From Escherichia coli (GTDB lineage: Bacteria > Pseudomonadota > Gammaproteobacteria > Enterobacterales > Enterobacteriaceae), in assembly GCF_003334765.1 (NCBI RefSeq), contig NZ_QOWT01000013.1: DNA of 64,000 bases. One strand, 5' to 3'. Shown here piece by piece: positions 27,168-41,082 of the stretch; position 1 is the first letter of the stretch; each line of letters begins with the position of its first letter. Position numbers and translations under genes: made by a program. The notes below the pieces were generated by a model. That model was not told where the DNA came from, ran no database searches, and saw only the letters and a list, made by a program, of their open reading frames with translations.

Positions 27168-27237
27168 GAACTCAACTCTCTACAACAGAAATAAAAACCC
27201 CACAGGCTGGCTGTGGGGATTAAGCAAAATTTCGGCA

Positions 27238-28326
27238 TTAACCGTGACGGCGTTCGAACTCAACCATGAAGTCTGTCAGCGCTTTAACGCCTTCCAGCGG
27301 CATGGCGTTATAAATAGAAGCGCGCATTCCGCCGACCACACGGTGACCTTTCAGTGCATGAAGGCCAGCAGCAAAAGACTCTTCAAGGAACAATTTGTCA
27401 AGCGCACTGTCCGCCAACTGGAACGGCACGTTCATCCGCGAACGGTTAGCTTTCGCCACGTCATTGCGGTAGAAATCGCTGTTATCAATCACCCCATATA
27501 GCAGTTCTGCTTTTTGCTGATTGATTTTATCCATTTCAGCTACACCGCCGTTCGCTTTCAGCCATTTAAAGACCAGACCAGATAGATACCAGGCAAATGT
27601 CGGCGGCGTGTTAAACATGGAGCCGTTATCGTTGAGGATGGAATAATCCAGAATCGACGGACACGCGATATTCGCTTTGCCCAGCAAATCTTCACGAACG
27701 ATGACGATTGTCAGGCCAGCCGGGCCGATATTTTTCTGCGCGCCAGCGTAAATTACACCATAACGGCTGACGTCAATCGGACGGGAAAGAATGGTTGAAG
27801 AGAAGTCAGCGGCGACCACCACATCTGCGCCGAAGTCTGGCGTTTCGTCGATGGCGATACCATCGATGGTTTCATTCGGGCAATAATGCATATAAGCAGC
27901 ATTATCAGAGAGTTGCCATTCACGCATTGGCTTAACCGCGCGCAGACCATCAACAGTCACTTTGGCGTCAAAGACATTAGGCGTGCAGTATTTTTTCGCT
28001 TCTTTAATGGCACTTGCCGCCCAGTAACCGGCATCAACATAATCTGCGGTGGTTTTATCACCGAGAATATTCAGCGGTACCGCAGCAAACTGACCGCGAC
28101 CACCGCCATGGCAGAATAATACCTTGTAGTTGGAGGGGACATTAAGAAGATCGCGAAAATCCTTCTCGGCTTCCTCTGCAACCTGAATGAACTCTTTGCC
28201 ACGGTGACTCACTTCCATCACCGACGTACCAAGACCGTTCCAGTCGCGCAGTTCCTGTTGAGCCTGTTTAAGCACCTCTGCCGGTAGCATTGCCGGACCA
28301 GAACTAAAATTGAAGATTTGAGCCAT
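27238..28326 (-). CDS. serC: phosphoserine aminotransferase
   Basis: 362-aa [18 protein letters not shown]; serC-aroA operon arrangement. Confidence 0.97.
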   Translation of the reverse strand: MAQIFNFSSGPAMLPAEVLKQAQQELRDWNGLGTSVMEVSHRGKEFIQVAEEAEKDFRDLLNVPSNYKVLFCHGGGRGQFAAVPLNILGDKTTADYVDAGYWAASAIKEAKKYCTPNVFDAKVTVDGLRAVKPMREWQLSDNAAYMHYCPNETIDGIAIDETPDFGADVVVAADFSSTILSRPIDVSRYGVIYAGAQKNIGPAGLTIVIVREDLLGKANIACPSILDYSILNDNGSMFNTPPTFAWYLSGLVFKWLKANGGVAEMDKINQQKAELLYGVIDNSDFYRNDVAKANRSRMNVPFQLADSALDKLFLEESFAAGLHALKGHRVVGGMRASIYNAMPLEGVKALTDFMVEFERRHG

Positions 28327-28524
28327 TTCCCCTCACCACGTTGCGTTGCTATTAACCCGCGGTCAATCGATTGCGACCACAGGTAATACATTATTCCTGT
28401 GGCTATCGGTTTTATCATTCAGTGACACACATCGCAATGAGTAAAACCGTTGAGGGCAAAAATGTGGCTTGCATCACACAAAAGAATCTCTCGGATTATT
28501 AGCAAAAAGCCGATGTTTTTACTG

Positions 28525-29217
28525 TCAGGTCACCCGTTTTGCCCGACTTGCCTTCGTCCATTCTGGATTTGCACAGCGCGGACATAATTGTTTTTCCCCC
28601 GCTTTCATATGAATGATTTCACTACAACGAATACAGGCATAGTCCGCCGACTCCGGCACCACTTTGTAACGCTGCGTACAATCACTGGGTAAAATAAGTA
28701 AACCCGGTTTCACCTTGTCATCTTCAAAGAAATAGACACTGATTTGCCCGTTGGTTTCGAGAATCGCCAGACGTACCTGCCCCAGCTGCTCCACGCCACG
28801 CAATCGTAGCTCCATAAAGAACTCAAATTCCGTCATGTTGGAGTTATTGAGTTTCGACCAGGCCAGCTCGCCATCTTCAATAATGACAACTGGCTTGCCT
28901 TCCAGAAGATCTTCCAGTTTTTCACTGTGCGCCATCAACCACATTACCAGGCGGTATAACAACGCCAGAGTAATAAAGACGATAAGTACCGGGACCATCG
29001 GCACATCATCATAAAACGCCACATCTCCCGCCGCTGATCCCAGCGTCAGAATGATTAAAACTTCAAACAGCGACATCTGCCGCACACCGCGTCTTCCGGT
29101 CATTTTGAGGAACAAAAAGACCAGTACAAAGGTATAAAGACTACGTAGTGCAACTTCGCCAAGGAAATCAAAAGGCACTTTATCAAATGCCATACGGTGG
29201 AGATCGAACGCCTTCAT
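28525..29217 (-). CDS. ycaP: DUF421-family membrane protein YcaP
   Basis: 230-aa ORF with TM segments; synteny. Confidence 0.8.
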   Translation of the reverse strand: MKAFDLHRMAFDKVPFDFLGEVALRSLYTFVLVFLFLKMTGRRGVRQMSLFEVLIILTLGSAAGDVAFYDDVPMVPVLIVFITLALLYRLVMWLMAHSEKLEDLLEGKPVVIIEDGELAWSKLNNSNMTEFEFFMELRLRGVEQLGQVRLAILETNGQISVYFFEDDKVKPGLLILPSDCTQRYKVVPESADYACIRCSEIIHMKAGEKQLCPRCANPEWTKASRAKRVT

Positions 29218-29346
29218 TTTTATGCTCTTAACGTGGTTTATCCGCTAAAAGCATAGTCAACAGTTCATCGGCATGGCGGCGGTGATAGCGCCTTTGAGAT
29301 AAAACCCGTATTATTGCGCGCTTTCCGTACGACTAAAGTGATTTTC

Positions 29347-31107
29347 ATGACGCAAACATTTATCCCCGGCAAAGATGCCGCTCTGGAAGATTCCATCGCT
29401 CGCTTCCAGCAAAAACTTTCAGACCTCGGCTTTCAGATTGAAGAGGCCTCCTGGCTGAATCCCGTGCCTAACGTCTGGTCTGTACATATTCGCGACAAAG
29501 AGTGCGCACTGTGTTTTACCAACGGTAAAGGCGCAACCAAGAAAGCGGCGCTGGCTTCTGCACTCGGTGAATATTTCGAGCGTCTCTCAACCAACTACTT
29601 TTTTGCGGACTTCTGGCTGGGCGAAACCATCGCCAACGGTCCGTTCGTGCATTATCCCAACGAAAAATGGTTCCCACTGACCGAAAATGACGATGTGCCA
29701 GAAGGGCTGCTCGATGACCGTCTGCGCGCGTTTTATGATCCGGAGAATGAACTGACCGGCAGCATGCTGATTGACCTACAATCCGGTAACGAAGATCGTG
29801 GTATTTGCGGCCTGCCGTTTACGCGTCAGTCCGACAATCAGACCGTTTATATTCCGATGAATATCATTGGTAACCTGTACGTCTCCAACGGTATGTCCGC
29901 AGGTAATACCCGCAACGAAGCACGCGTTCAGGGATTGTCTGAAGTTTTCGAACGCTACGTGAAAAACCGCATTATTGCTGAAAGCATCAGCCTGCCAGAG
30001 ATCCCGGCAGACGTGCTGGCGCGTTACCCAGCAGTAGTTGAAGCCATCGAAACGCTGGAAGCGGAGGGTTTCCCAATCTTCGCTTATGACGGTTCGCTTG
30101 GCGGCCAGTATCCGGTGATTTGCGTGGTACTGTTCAATCCTGCTAACGGTACCTGCTTTGCCTCTTTCGGTGCGCATCCTGATTTTGGCGTAGCACTGGA
30201 ACGTACCGTGACCGAGCTGCTGCAAGGTCGTGGCCTGAAAGATTTGGATGTGTTTACTCCGCCAACCTTCGATGATGAAGAAGTCGCTGAACATACCAAC
30301 CTCGAAACGCACTTTATCGATTCCAGCGGTTTAATCTCCTGGGACCTGTTCAAGCAGGATGCCGATTATCCGTTTGTGGACTGGAATTTCTCCGGCACCA
30401 CGGAAGAAGAGTTCGCCACACTGATGGCTATCTTCAACAAAGAAGATAAAGAAGTTTATATTGCCGATTACGAGCATCTGGGCGTTTATGCTTGCCGTAT
30501 TATCGTGCCTGGCATGTCCGATATTTATCCGGCTGAAGATCTGTGGCTCGCGAATAACAGTATGGGCAGCCATTTACGTGAAACGATTCTTTCGCTACCA
30601 GGCAGCGAGTGGGAAAAAGAAGATTACCTGAACCTCATCGAGCAACTGGATGAAGAAGGTTTTGATGACTTTACCCGCGTGCGTGAGCTGTTGGGTCTGG
30701 CGACCGGGTCGGATAACGGTTGGTACACCCTGCGTATCGGTGAATTAAAAGCCATGCTGGCGCTGGCTGGTGGCGATCTGGAACAGGCTCTGGTCTGGAC
30801 CGAATGGACGATGGAGTTTAACTCATCAGTATTTAGTCCGGAACGCGCCAACTATTATCGCTGCCTGCAAACGTTGTTATTACTGGCACAGGAAGAAGAT
30901 CGCCAGCCGCTGCAATATCTGAATGCGTTTGTTCGCATGTACGGCGCAGATGCCGTAGAAGCCGCCAGTGCGGCAATGAGCGGCGAAGCGGCGTTTTACG
31001 GCCTGCAACCGGTAGATAGCGATCTGCACGCGTTTGCTGCACATCAGTCGTTGTTGAAGGCCTACGAAAAGCTGCAGCGCGCCAAAGCAGCATTCTGGGC
31101 AAAATAA
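29347..31107 (+). CDS. ycaO: YcaO-domain protein (ribosomal protein S12 methylthiotransferase accessory factor)
   Basis: ORF 29314..31107; start at MTQTFIPGKD (586 aa). Confidence 0.9.
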   Translation: MTQTFIPGKDAALEDSIARFQQKLSDLGFQIEEASWLNPVPNVWSVHIRDKECALCFTNGKGATKKAALASALGEYFERLSTNYFFADFWLGETIANGPFVHYPNEKWFPLTENDDVPEGLLDDRLRAFYDPENELTGSMLIDLQSGNEDRGICGLPFTRQSDNQTVYIPMNIIGNLYVSNGMSAGNTRNEARVQGLSEVFERYVKNRIIAESISLPEIPADVLARYPAVVEAIETLEAEGFPIFAYDGSLGGQYPVICVVLFNPANGTCFASFGAHPDFGVALERTVTELLQGRGLKDLDVFTPPTFDDEEVAEHTNLETHFIDSSGLISWDLFKQDADYPFVDWNFSGTTEEEFATLMAIFNKEDKEVYIADYEHLGVYACRIIVPGMSDIYPAEDLWLANNSMGSHLRETILSLPGSEWEKEDYLNLIEQLDEEGFDDFTRVRELLGLATGSDNGWYTLRIGELKAMLALAGGDLEQALVWTEWTMEFNSSVFSPERANYYRCLQTLLLLAQEEDRQPLQYLNAFVRMYGADAVEAASAAMSGEAAFYGLQPVDSDLHAFAAHQSLLKAYEKLQRAKAAFWAK

Positions 31108-31438
31108 AATCAAATAGCCTACGCAATGTAGGCTTAATGATTAGTCTGAGTTATATTACGGGGCGTTTTTTTAATGCCCCGCTTTACATATATTTGCATT
31201 AATAAAATAATTGTAATTATAAGGTTAAATATCGGTAATTTGTATTTAATAAATACGATCGATATTGTTACTTTATTCGCCTGATGCTCCCTTTTAATTA
31301 ACTGTTTTAGCGGAGGATGCGGAAAAAATTCAACTCATTTGTTAATTTTTAAAATTTATTTTTATTTGGATAATCAAATATTTACTCCGTATTTGCATAA
31401 AAACCATGCGAGTTACGGGCCTATAAGCCAGGCGAGAT

Positions 31439-31452
31439 ATGATCTATATCAA
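31439..31452. promoter_or_regulatory. FNR-like inverted repeat in focA-pflB upstream region
   Basis: atgatctatatcaa resembles TTGAT-N4-ATCAA (one mismatch); TATAAT-like hexamer at 31462..31467. Confidence 0.4.
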
Positions 31453-31512
31453 TTTCTCATCTATAATGCTTTGTTAGTATCTCGTCGCCGACTTAATAAA
31501 GAGAGAGTTAGT

Positions 31513-32370
31513 GTGAAAGCTGACAACCCTTTTGATCTTTTACTTCCTGCTGCAATGGCCAAAGTGGCCGAAGAGGCGGGTGTCTATAAAGCAACGAAAC
31601 ATCCGCTTAAGACTTTCTATCTGGCGATTACCGCCGGTGTTTTCATCTCAATCGCATTCGTCTTCTATATCACAGCAACCACTGGCACAGGCACAATGCC
31701 CTTCGGCATGGCAAAACTGGTTGGCGGCATTTGCTTCTCTCTGGGGCTGATTCTTTGTGTTGTCTGCGGAGCCGATCTCTTTACTTCCACCGTGTTGATT
31801 GTTGTTGCTAAGGCGAGTGGGCGCATCACCTGGGGTCAGTTGGCGAAAAACTGGCTAAATGTCTATTTTGGCAACCTGGTCGGCGCACTGCTGTTTGTAC
31901 TTTTAATGTGGCTTTCCGGCGAGTATATGACCGCAAATGGTCAATGGGGACTAAACGTCCTACAAACCGCCGACCACAAAGTGCACCATACTTTTATTGA
32001 GGCCGTCTGTCTTGGTATCCTGGCAAACCTGATGGTATGTCTGGCAGTATGGATGAGTTATTCTGGCCGCAGCCTGATGGACAAAGCGTTCATTATGGTG
32101 CTGCCGGTCGCGATGTTTGTTGCCAGCGGTTTTGAGCACAGTATCGCAAACATGTTTATGATCCCGATGGGTATTGTAATCCGCGACTTCGCATCCCCGG
32201 AATTTTGGACCGCAGTCGGTTCTGCACCGGAAAATTTTTCTCACCTGACCGTGATGAATTTCATCACTGATAACCTGATTCCGGTTACGATCGGCAACAT
32301 TATCGGTGGTGGTTTGTTGGTTGGGTTGACATACTGGGTCATTTACCTGCGTGAAAACGACCACCATTAA
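31513..32370 (+). CDS. focA: formate channel FocA
   Basis: Within ORF 31339..32370; start taken at in-frame GTG (VKADNPFDLLL) giving 285 aa as in K-12 FocA. Confidence 0.9.
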   Translation: MKADNPFDLLLPAAMAKVAEEAGVYKATKHPLKTFYLAITAGVFISIAFVFYITATTGTGTMPFGMAKLVGGICFSLGLILCVVCGADLFTSTVLIVVAKASGRITWGQLAKNWLNVYFGNLVGALLFVLLMWLSGEYMTANGQWGLNVLQTADHKVHHTFIEAVCLGILANLMVCLAVWMSYSGRSLMDKAFIMVLPVAMFVASGFEHSIANMFMIPMGIVIRDFASPEFWTAVGSAPENFSHLTVMNFITDNLIPVTIGNIIGGGLLVGLTYWVIYLRENDHH

Positions 32371-32424
32371 TGGTTGTCGAAGTACGCAGTAAATAAAAAA
32401 TCCACTTAAGAAGGTAGGTGTTAC

Positions 32425-34707
<2,283 letters not shown>

Positions 34708-34748
34708 TTAGATTTGACTGAAATCGTACAGTAAAAAGCGTACAATAA

Positions 34749-34776
34749 AGGCTCCACGAAAGTGGGGCCTTTTTTA
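34749..34776 (+). terminator. Rho-independent terminator after pflB
   Basis: Hairpin aggctccac-gaaa-gtggggcct followed by ttttt. Confidence 0.75.
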
Positions 34777-34898
34777 GCGCGAGAGCCTTTTTTGTCAGCT
34801 ATCTATACTTTAAGGTGACTGCCAAAACAGACTCGACGTAGCCTTCGAGCTGCGCACCAACACGGCCTCAGATGGGCCACATCTGGAGAAACACCGCA

Positions 34899-35639
34899 AT
34901 GTCAGTTATTGGTCGCATTCACTCCTTTGAATCCTGTGGAACCGTAGACGGCCCAGGTATTCGCTTTATCACCTTTTTCCAGGGCTGCCTGATGCGCTGC
35001 CTGTATTGTCATAACCGCGACACCTGGGACACGCATGGCGGTAAAGAAGTTACCGTTGAAGATTTGATGAAGGAAGTGGTGACCTATCGCCACTTTATGA
35101 ACGCTTCCGGCGGCGGCGTTACCGCATCCGGCGGTGAAGCAATCCTGCAAGCTGAGTTTGTTCGTGACTGGTTCCGCGCCTGCAAAAAAGAAGGCATTCA
35201 TACCTGTCTGGACACCAACGGTTTTGTTCGTCGTTACGATCCGGTGATTGATGAACTGCTGGAAGTAACCGACCTGGTAATGCTCGATCTCAAACAGATG
35301 AACGACGAGATCCACCAAAATCTGGTTGGAGTTTCCAACCACCGCACGCTGGAGTTCGCTAAATATCTGGCGAACAAAAATGTGAAGGTGTGGATCCGCT
35401 ACGTTGTTGTCCCAGGCTGGTCTGACGATGACGATTCAGCGCATCGCCTCGGTGAATTTACCCGTGATATGGGCAACGTTGAGAAAATCGAGCTTCTCCC
35501 CTACCACGAGCTGGGCAAACACAAATGGGTGGCAATGGGTGAAGAGTACAAACTCGACGGTGTTAAACCACCGAAGAAAGAGACCATGGAACGCGTGAAA
35601 GGCATTCTTGAGCAGTACGGTCATAAGGTAATGTTCTAA
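34899..35639 (+). CDS. pflA: pyruvate formate-lyase activating enzyme (radical SAM)
   Basis: ORF 34872..35639; start at [14 protein letters not shown] (246 aa); CxxxCxxC motif [10 protein letters not shown]. Confidence 0.95.
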   Translation: MSVIGRIHSFESCGTVDGPGIRFITFFQGCLMRCLYCHNRDTWDTHGGKEVTVEDLMKEVVTYRHFMNASGGGVTASGGEAILQAEFVRDWFRACKKEGIHTCLDTNGFVRRYDPVIDELLEVTDLVMLDLKQMNDEIHQNLVGVSNHRTLEFAKYLANKNVKVWIRYVVVPGWSDDDDSAHRLGEFTRDMGNVEKIELLPYHELGKHKWVAMGEEYKLDGVKPPKKETMERVKGILEQYGHKVMF

Positions 35640-35650
35640 TTTCCCCGTAA

Positions 35651-35682
35651 AGCGGCAACTTTATTGAGTTGCCGCTTTTTTA
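35651..35682 (+). terminator. Rho-independent terminator after pflA
   Basis: Hairpin agcggcaact-ttattg-agttgccgct followed by tttttt. Confidence 0.75.
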
Positions 35683-35720
35683 TTCCGCGCTTCATTCTGC
35701 TACAGCGTTTTTAACACATC

Positions 35721-36311
35721 TTATAGTGCATCTACCATATCCCGTACCTGAGATAATAACGACTGATAATAGCTCGCGTGAAGTTCTTCCCCATCGAATA
35801 CCACTGTATTACACAAGAAAGTGACATCGGCATCTTCAATACCAAGATAACTGCACATATTTTTTAAATAATCGCTTATATTTTTTTCCCAGCCCATCTG
35901 GACAAATGATTCTTTGTCTCCTCCAACCAGCGCCACCCAACGAACTTTATTGAATGGTAATTTGTGCCCATCTCCATAAGCCAGCCCATTATTCCATACT
36001 CTGTCAATATATCCTTTTAGCATTGCCGGGAAGCTGTACCACCAGAGAGGAAAAACCACCACTAACGTGTCATGTTCAAGCAGCTCTGAATAAAGCTGAT
36101 GAACCTCTGGAGAATAACGTTTATCCATATTCTTCCAGTCTGGTTCATCTTCCGGCGTCATCACTGGGTTGAAATTACGCCGATATAAATCGAGTTCCGT
36201 CACCTGTATTTTCCGCTCCATTGCCCGCTGATGGATCGCATCAGCAATATGTGCGGTCAATGAATCATGACGAGGATGGGCCCATACCAAATAAATACGT
36301 TCAGACTGCAT
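35721..36311 (-). CDS. ycaK: NAD(P)H dehydrogenase (quinone)-like flavodoxin-fold protein YcaK
   Basis: 196-aa ORF; synteny. Confidence 0.85.
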   Translation of the reverse strand: MQSERIYLVWAHPRHDSLTAHIADAIHQRAMERKIQVTELDLYRRNFNPVMTPEDEPDWKNMDKRYSPEVHQLYSELLEHDTLVVVFPLWWYSFPAMLKGYIDRVWNNGLAYGDGHKLPFNKVRWVALVGGDKESFVQMGWEKNISDYLKNMCSYLGIEDADVTFLCNTVVFDGEELHASYYQSLLSQVRDMVDAL

Positions 36312-36410
36312 AATTTTACCTCCACGTTAAGTTCTGGAGCGCACTTTACGCAGGCGGCATAATCCTGTAAACGTGATGATTCAGGATGAGTTAATGAAGG
36401 ATTTTCACTA

Positions 36411-37319
36411 ATGCGGATGAATATGTCTGACTTTGCCACTTTCTTTGCCGTGGCCCGTAATCAAAGCTTTCGTGCAGCGGGCGATGAGTTAGGCTTATCC
36501 TCGTCCGCCATTAGCCATAGTATTAAAACACTGGAACAACGTCTTAAAATTCGCTTATTCAATCGGACAACCCGAAGCGTATCGTTAACGGAAGCGGGTT
36601 CTAATCTCTATGAACGATTGCGCCCAGCTTTCGACGAAATTCAGATCATGTTAGATGAGATGAATGATTTTCGTCTGACACCGACAGGAACGCTCAAAAT
36701 CAATGCCGCCCGGGTAGCTGCACGTATATTTTTAATGTCTTTACTGGTTGGTTTCACACGTGAATATCCTGATATTAAAGTCGAGCTCACAACTGACGAC
36801 TCTCTTGTCGATATCGTCCAACAGGGCTTTGACGCTGGCGTTCGACTTAGTTGCATCGTCGAAAAAGATATGATCAGCGTGGCGATCGGCCCGCCAGTGA
36901 AATTATGTGTAGCAGCAACGCCAGAGTACTTTGCAAGATATGGCAAACCCCGCCATCCTCATGATCTGCTTAATCATCAATGTGTTGTTTTTCGTTATCC
37001 CAGCGGCAAACCTTTCCACTGGCAATTTGCAAAGGAGCTGGAAATTGCTGTCGCAGGAAATATCATTCTGGATGATGTTGATGCTGAACTGGAGGCCGTT
37101 TTGATGGGTGCTGGTATCGGGTATCTGCTCTATGAACAGATCAAGGAGTACCTTGATACTGGTCGTTTAGAATGTGTACTGGAAGACTGGAGCACAGAGC
37201 GTCCAGGCTTCCAGATCTATTATCCAAACCGCCAGTATATGTCCTGCGGCTTGCGCGCATTTCTCGATTATGTAAAAACGGGTCAGATCTGCCAGAGTCA
37301 GCGTCACCGACCACAATAA
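36411..37319 (+). CDS. ycaN: LysR-family transcriptional regulator YcaN
   Basis: 302-aa ORF with N-terminal HTH and LysR substrate-binding domain. Confidence 0.88.
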   Translation: MRMNMSDFATFFAVARNQSFRAAGDELGLSSSAISHSIKTLEQRLKIRLFNRTTRSVSLTEAGSNLYERLRPAFDEIQIMLDEMNDFRLTPTGTLKINAARVAARIFLMSLLVGFTREYPDIKVELTTDDSLVDIVQQGFDAGVRLSCIVEKDMISVAIGPPVKLCVAATPEYFARYGKPRHPHDLLNHQCVVFRYPSGKPFHWQFAKELEIAVAGNIILDDVDAELEAVLMGAGIGYLLYEQIKEYLDTGRLECVLEDWSTERPGFQIYYPNRQYMSCGLRAFLDYVKTGQICQSQRHRPQ

Positions 37320-38750
37320 TTATTTACTATTCGCTTTACGCGCCAGCAGCGGGAATATCAGTCCTAATCCTACCAGCACAAACGGCGTTGCAACATTCAG
37401 CGCCAACTGGAAGGTCCACTCTGCAGTGAAGGCTTCCATTTTCGGGAAGATCCCCGTCAAACAGGCAAAGGCGGTAAAGGCAAAACACCAAATCCCGACG
37501 GTCATTGCCAGAGGCTTATTACGAATAAAGACATATTCTGGTTTATATTTCTGCGCCAAGCGAACGACTGCAATAAATGCAACAAATACCCATAAATAAC
37601 GCAGCGGCATCACTACCGAATTAAGGTTCAACAGCCATTTATAGAGATTGTTCATATCACCAATGCCGAGAGTCGGCAGCATAATCAGAATCGCCACCAG
37701 TACCAGGGTCAGAAAATAGCCATTAACGGGCGTACCAGAAGCGTTGGTACGACATAAACTGGCTGGAATATATTTGCTGTCAGCATCACCTAATAGCACT
37801 TTAAGCGGGGCATCAATCGAGAATACCAGCGCCGCTACTTGTCCCAGGGTATTCGCAATGGCGTAAATCACCATTAAAGTATTACCCATGTTGTAATACT
37901 CGCCCAGCTTCTGAAAGGCGTAATACTGACCGTTGGTCATTAAGTCATCCGGGATATTACGCGAATCAAACATCATCCCCATCGCCAGCGAGCCCAGAAT
38001 GGCACAAACCGCAACCATCACCGCCAGGCATAACATCCCTTTTGGAAATTCTTTTCCTGGGTTGCGCGTTTGATTAACGTAAGGAGAAATCTTCTCTGCT
38101 CCGCCAACCGCGAAAACCAGCATTGAAATAGTGGTAATGTAGGTAAAGTCGATATGAGGAATGAACGTTTCCCAGGTAATGTTTGTGGTCGCAATATGCA
38201 CTTCAGTAATTGCAGGCGCGGTTACCGCCATCGCCACATACAGGAGCGACATAACAAACATAGCAATCCCTGCCACAGAACCGACGATTTTCAGCGATTT
38301 CATACCGCGTGAAGCAACCCACATAAAGAAGATAAACAGCACCAGCGTTAACCCCTGTAACGCTACGACTGAATATTCTTTGATTAGCGAACCGTCGCCT
38401 TTCATCGCCCAACCGAGCGCAATCAGAATTGCCTGGGGTTTTTGTGCCAGATAGGGAATATGCACCACCCAGTAGGTCCACGCGGCGAGATAAGCCAGTC
38501 CGGGTCCCATCGTGTGTTTAATCCAGGTACTGACCCCGCCCTTCCCATCTTTGAAGGTCGAGCCTAACTGACCAACAATTAGCGCATAAGGTGTGAAATA
38601 GAGTGCAAAGATAAACACCCATGAAAAAACAACCACCAGCCCCTGGTTGGCATAGTTATTAACAACGTTGCCAAAACCCCAGACAGTGATAAAAGACATC
38701 AGCGCAATGTTGTACCATCGCAACTGTTTTTCCTGAACATTCCCAGCCAT
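37320..38750 (-). CDS. ycaM: APC-family amino acid transporter YcaM
   Basis: ORF 37320..38942; start chosen at MAGNVQEKQLRW (476 aa); about 12 TM helices. Confidence 0.8.
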   Translation of the reverse strand: MAGNVQEKQLRWYNIALMSFITVWGFGNVVNNYANQGLVVVFSWVFIFALYFTPYALIVGQLGSTFKDGKGGVSTWIKHTMGPGLAYLAAWTYWVVHIPYLAQKPQAILIALGWAMKGDGSLIKEYSVVALQGLTLVLFIFFMWVASRGMKSLKIVGSVAGIAMFVMSLLYVAMAVTAPAITEVHIATTNITWETFIPHIDFTYITTISMLVFAVGGAEKISPYVNQTRNPGKEFPKGMLCLAVMVAVCAILGSLAMGMMFDSRNIPDDLMTNGQYYAFQKLGEYYNMGNTLMVIYAIANTLGQVAALVFSIDAPLKVLLGDADSKYIPASLCRTNASGTPVNGYFLTLVLVAILIMLPTLGIGDMNNLYKWLLNLNSVVMPLRYLWVFVAFIAVVRLAQKYKPEYVFIRNKPLAMTVGIWCFAFTAFACLTGIFPKMEAFTAEWTFQLALNVATPFVLVGLGLIFPLLARKANSK

Positions 38751-38959
38751 AGACAAATCCTTCGCCAAAATTAAAGGGGCATCTGTAAAACGAGGGATTA
38801 TGCGCGGCAAATAAGAAGTGCGGAAATAGCGAAATGCGAAATTATAACCTGCTGCACATTTTATTTTTAAACGAATAAAATTTGGAATAAAGCAAGTCAG
38901 ATAGAAGAAACAAAAAAGCAGAGTGTGAAACAGTAAGTTCACACTCTGCTTGAATTCAT

Positions 38960-40108
38960 TTACACGTGAGCAACGGGTTTCGGCGTATGACCGGCGTTGC
39001 GCAGCAGCATCAGCAAATAGATAAACGATACGCTGGCGATCATGATAAACAATAAATTATCGGAGAAATTCTGCATTAGCATAGCGGTAAATGACGGGCC
39101 AAGCAGACTTCCCACAGTATAGCTCAACAGTAAGGCCTGGTTCATCGCCACCAGTTGATGATGTTCAACTTTCTCGCAAGCCCATGCCATCGCCACCGGA
39201 TATAGCGTAAAGCCAGCGGCACCGAGGATGAATAACGCTGGGGCCATCGCCGCCTGGCTAAGCATCGCGATACTGCCGAGAATGACGACAAAGACCTGAA
39301 CACGCAACACCAGCAGTCGACCAAACTTATCCGCCAGACGTCCAATCGGCCATTGTCCAAGGATACCCGCACTGACCAGTACCGCCATCCAGAAACCAAT
39401 GCTGGCATTGCTCACCCCTTTGTGATTGAGGTACAGCGGCATCAGGCCATATAGAGATCCCAGAACGATTCCTGAGATAATGCAGCCATTCACGCCAAGC
39501 CGCGCCTGACGGAGTTTTAGCATTGACGTAATTGACGTCGAATCATGGTTTTCAGCCTGCTGATTCAGCACACGCGTAAACAACAGCGGTAAGATCCCTG
39601 CCAACGTCAAACCTGTAACCCACGGCAATACGGACATCAGCTCGGTTGAAACTTTGCTGACCAGTAACTGGCCTAAAAACGTTCCCACGTAATAAACCAT
39701 CATATACGCAGCAAGCAAACGCCCACGGTTACGTGACGTCCCACTGCACATCAGCGCGCTCTCAACAACCACCCAAATCATGGCACAGCCGACGCCCGCG
39801 ACAAAACGCCAAGCCAACCAGCTCCAGAATCCAATCATCAGGCCAAGGCCGGCACAGCCAGCGGCAAAAATGAAGGAGGCCAGATAATAGCTGCGGTTAA
39901 AGCCAATGCGCTTAATGACATACCCTGTCAGCAATGTACCGACAAGGTTGCCGGTAAAATAGGATGAGCTGACAACGCCTACCTGCCATGTGGACATGTG
40001 TTCCTGGGCGAGCCAAAGCGGCACGAGTGTATTTAACACCGCAATCGCCAGAGTCAACAAAAGCAGGCCAGACAGCAAAAGCATGACAGGCTGGGTATAC
40101 GTGGACAT
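38960..40108 (-). CDS. ycaD: MFS transporter YcaD
   Basis: 382-aa ORF, polytopic. Confidence 0.88.
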   Translation of the reverse strand: MSTYTQPVMLLLSGLLLLTLAIAVLNTLVPLWLAQEHMSTWQVGVVSSSYFTGNLVGTLLTGYVIKRIGFNRSYYLASFIFAAGCAGLGLMIGFWSWLAWRFVAGVGCAMIWVVVESALMCSGTSRNRGRLLAAYMMVYYVGTFLGQLLVSKVSTELMSVLPWVTGLTLAGILPLLFTRVLNQQAENHDSTSITSMLKLRQARLGVNGCIISGIVLGSLYGLMPLYLNHKGVSNASIGFWMAVLVSAGILGQWPIGRLADKFGRLLVLRVQVFVVILGSIAMLSQAAMAPALFILGAAGFTLYPVAMAWACEKVEHHQLVAMNQALLLSYTVGSLLGPSFTAMLMQNFSDNLLFIMIASVSFIYLLMLLRNAGHTPKPVAHV

Positions 40109-40421
40109 GAATTAAAACCGTGAGGAAGTTCAAATTTCATGCGCATCATGCCACCGCCAAAAACATTGTCAATGGGTGAAAATACGCGATATCCCAGCGG
40201 CGGTATTATCGATTTATATTACTCATTCATAACGCTAATGCTGAAGAGATGATTAGTCTCATCTGATTGTTTTTATTGAACTAACACAAATTTCATACGC
40301 TTCGTTCAGTCGAAAAATTTCATGGTCACAGCAAACTCATATTTCCCGTCTATGCTTTCAGAGCAATGCATCGCGTCTGATCGATTTCAGACGTACCACT
40401 GACTCTCGAAAGGAGAAGAGG

Positions 40422-41048
40422 ATGACCAAACCGTATGTTCGTCTTGATAAAAATGATGCTGCCGTTTTGCTTGTTGATCACCAGGCTGGTTTACTTTCCC
40501 TTGTACGGGATATCGAACCCGATAAGTTTAAAAATAACGTGCTGGCGCTGGGTGACCTGGCTAAGTATTTCAACTTACCAACTATTCTTACCACCAGTTT
40601 TGAAACCGGTCCTAACGGCCCATTAGTTCCAGAACTGAAAGCACAATTCCCCGATACACCTTACATTGCTCGCCCGGGAAATATTAACGCCTGGGATAAC
40701 GAAGATTTTGTAAAAGCTGTCAAAGCGACAGGTAAAAAACAGTTAATTATTGCCGGTGTGGTAACCGAAGTTTGCGTGGCATTCCCGGCGCTTTCAGCCA
40801 TTGAAGAAGGGTTTGACGTCTTTGTCGTGACTGACGCGTCAGGGACCTTTAATGAAATTACCCGGCATTCGGCATGGGATCGCTTGTCGCAAGCTGGTGC
40901 GCAATTGATGACATGGTTCGGCGTGGCGTGCGAGCTGCATCGCGACTGGCGTAATGATATTGAAGGACTGGCGACGTTGTTCTCTAACCACATTCCTGAT
41001 TATCGTAATTTGATGACCAGTTATGACACGTTAACGAAGCAGAAATAA
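40422..41048 (+). CDS. ycaC: isochorismatase-family hydrolase YcaC
   Basis: 208-aa ORF MTKPYVRLDKNDAAVLLVDHQAG. Confidence 0.9.
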   Translation: MTKPYVRLDKNDAAVLLVDHQAGLLSLVRDIEPDKFKNNVLALGDLAKYFNLPTILTTSFETGPNGPLVPELKAQFPDTPYIARPGNINAWDNEDFVKAVKATGKKQLIIAGVVTEVCVAFPALSAIEEGFDVFVVTDASGTFNEITRHSAWDRLSQAGAQLMTWFGVACELHRDWRNDIEGLATLFSNHIPDYRNLMTSYDTLTKQK

Positions 41049-41082
41049 AAGAGAACCGGGGCCGAAACCCCGGTTGTTATGA

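Noticed and set aside
29776-30312. 178-aa minus-strand ORF
   Set aside because: Lies entirely within ycaO on the opposite strand; no independent support.
31364-31379. Second FNR-like site ttggataatcaaat in the focA upstream region
   Set aside because: Does not align to TTGAT-N4-ATCAA without multiple mismatches.
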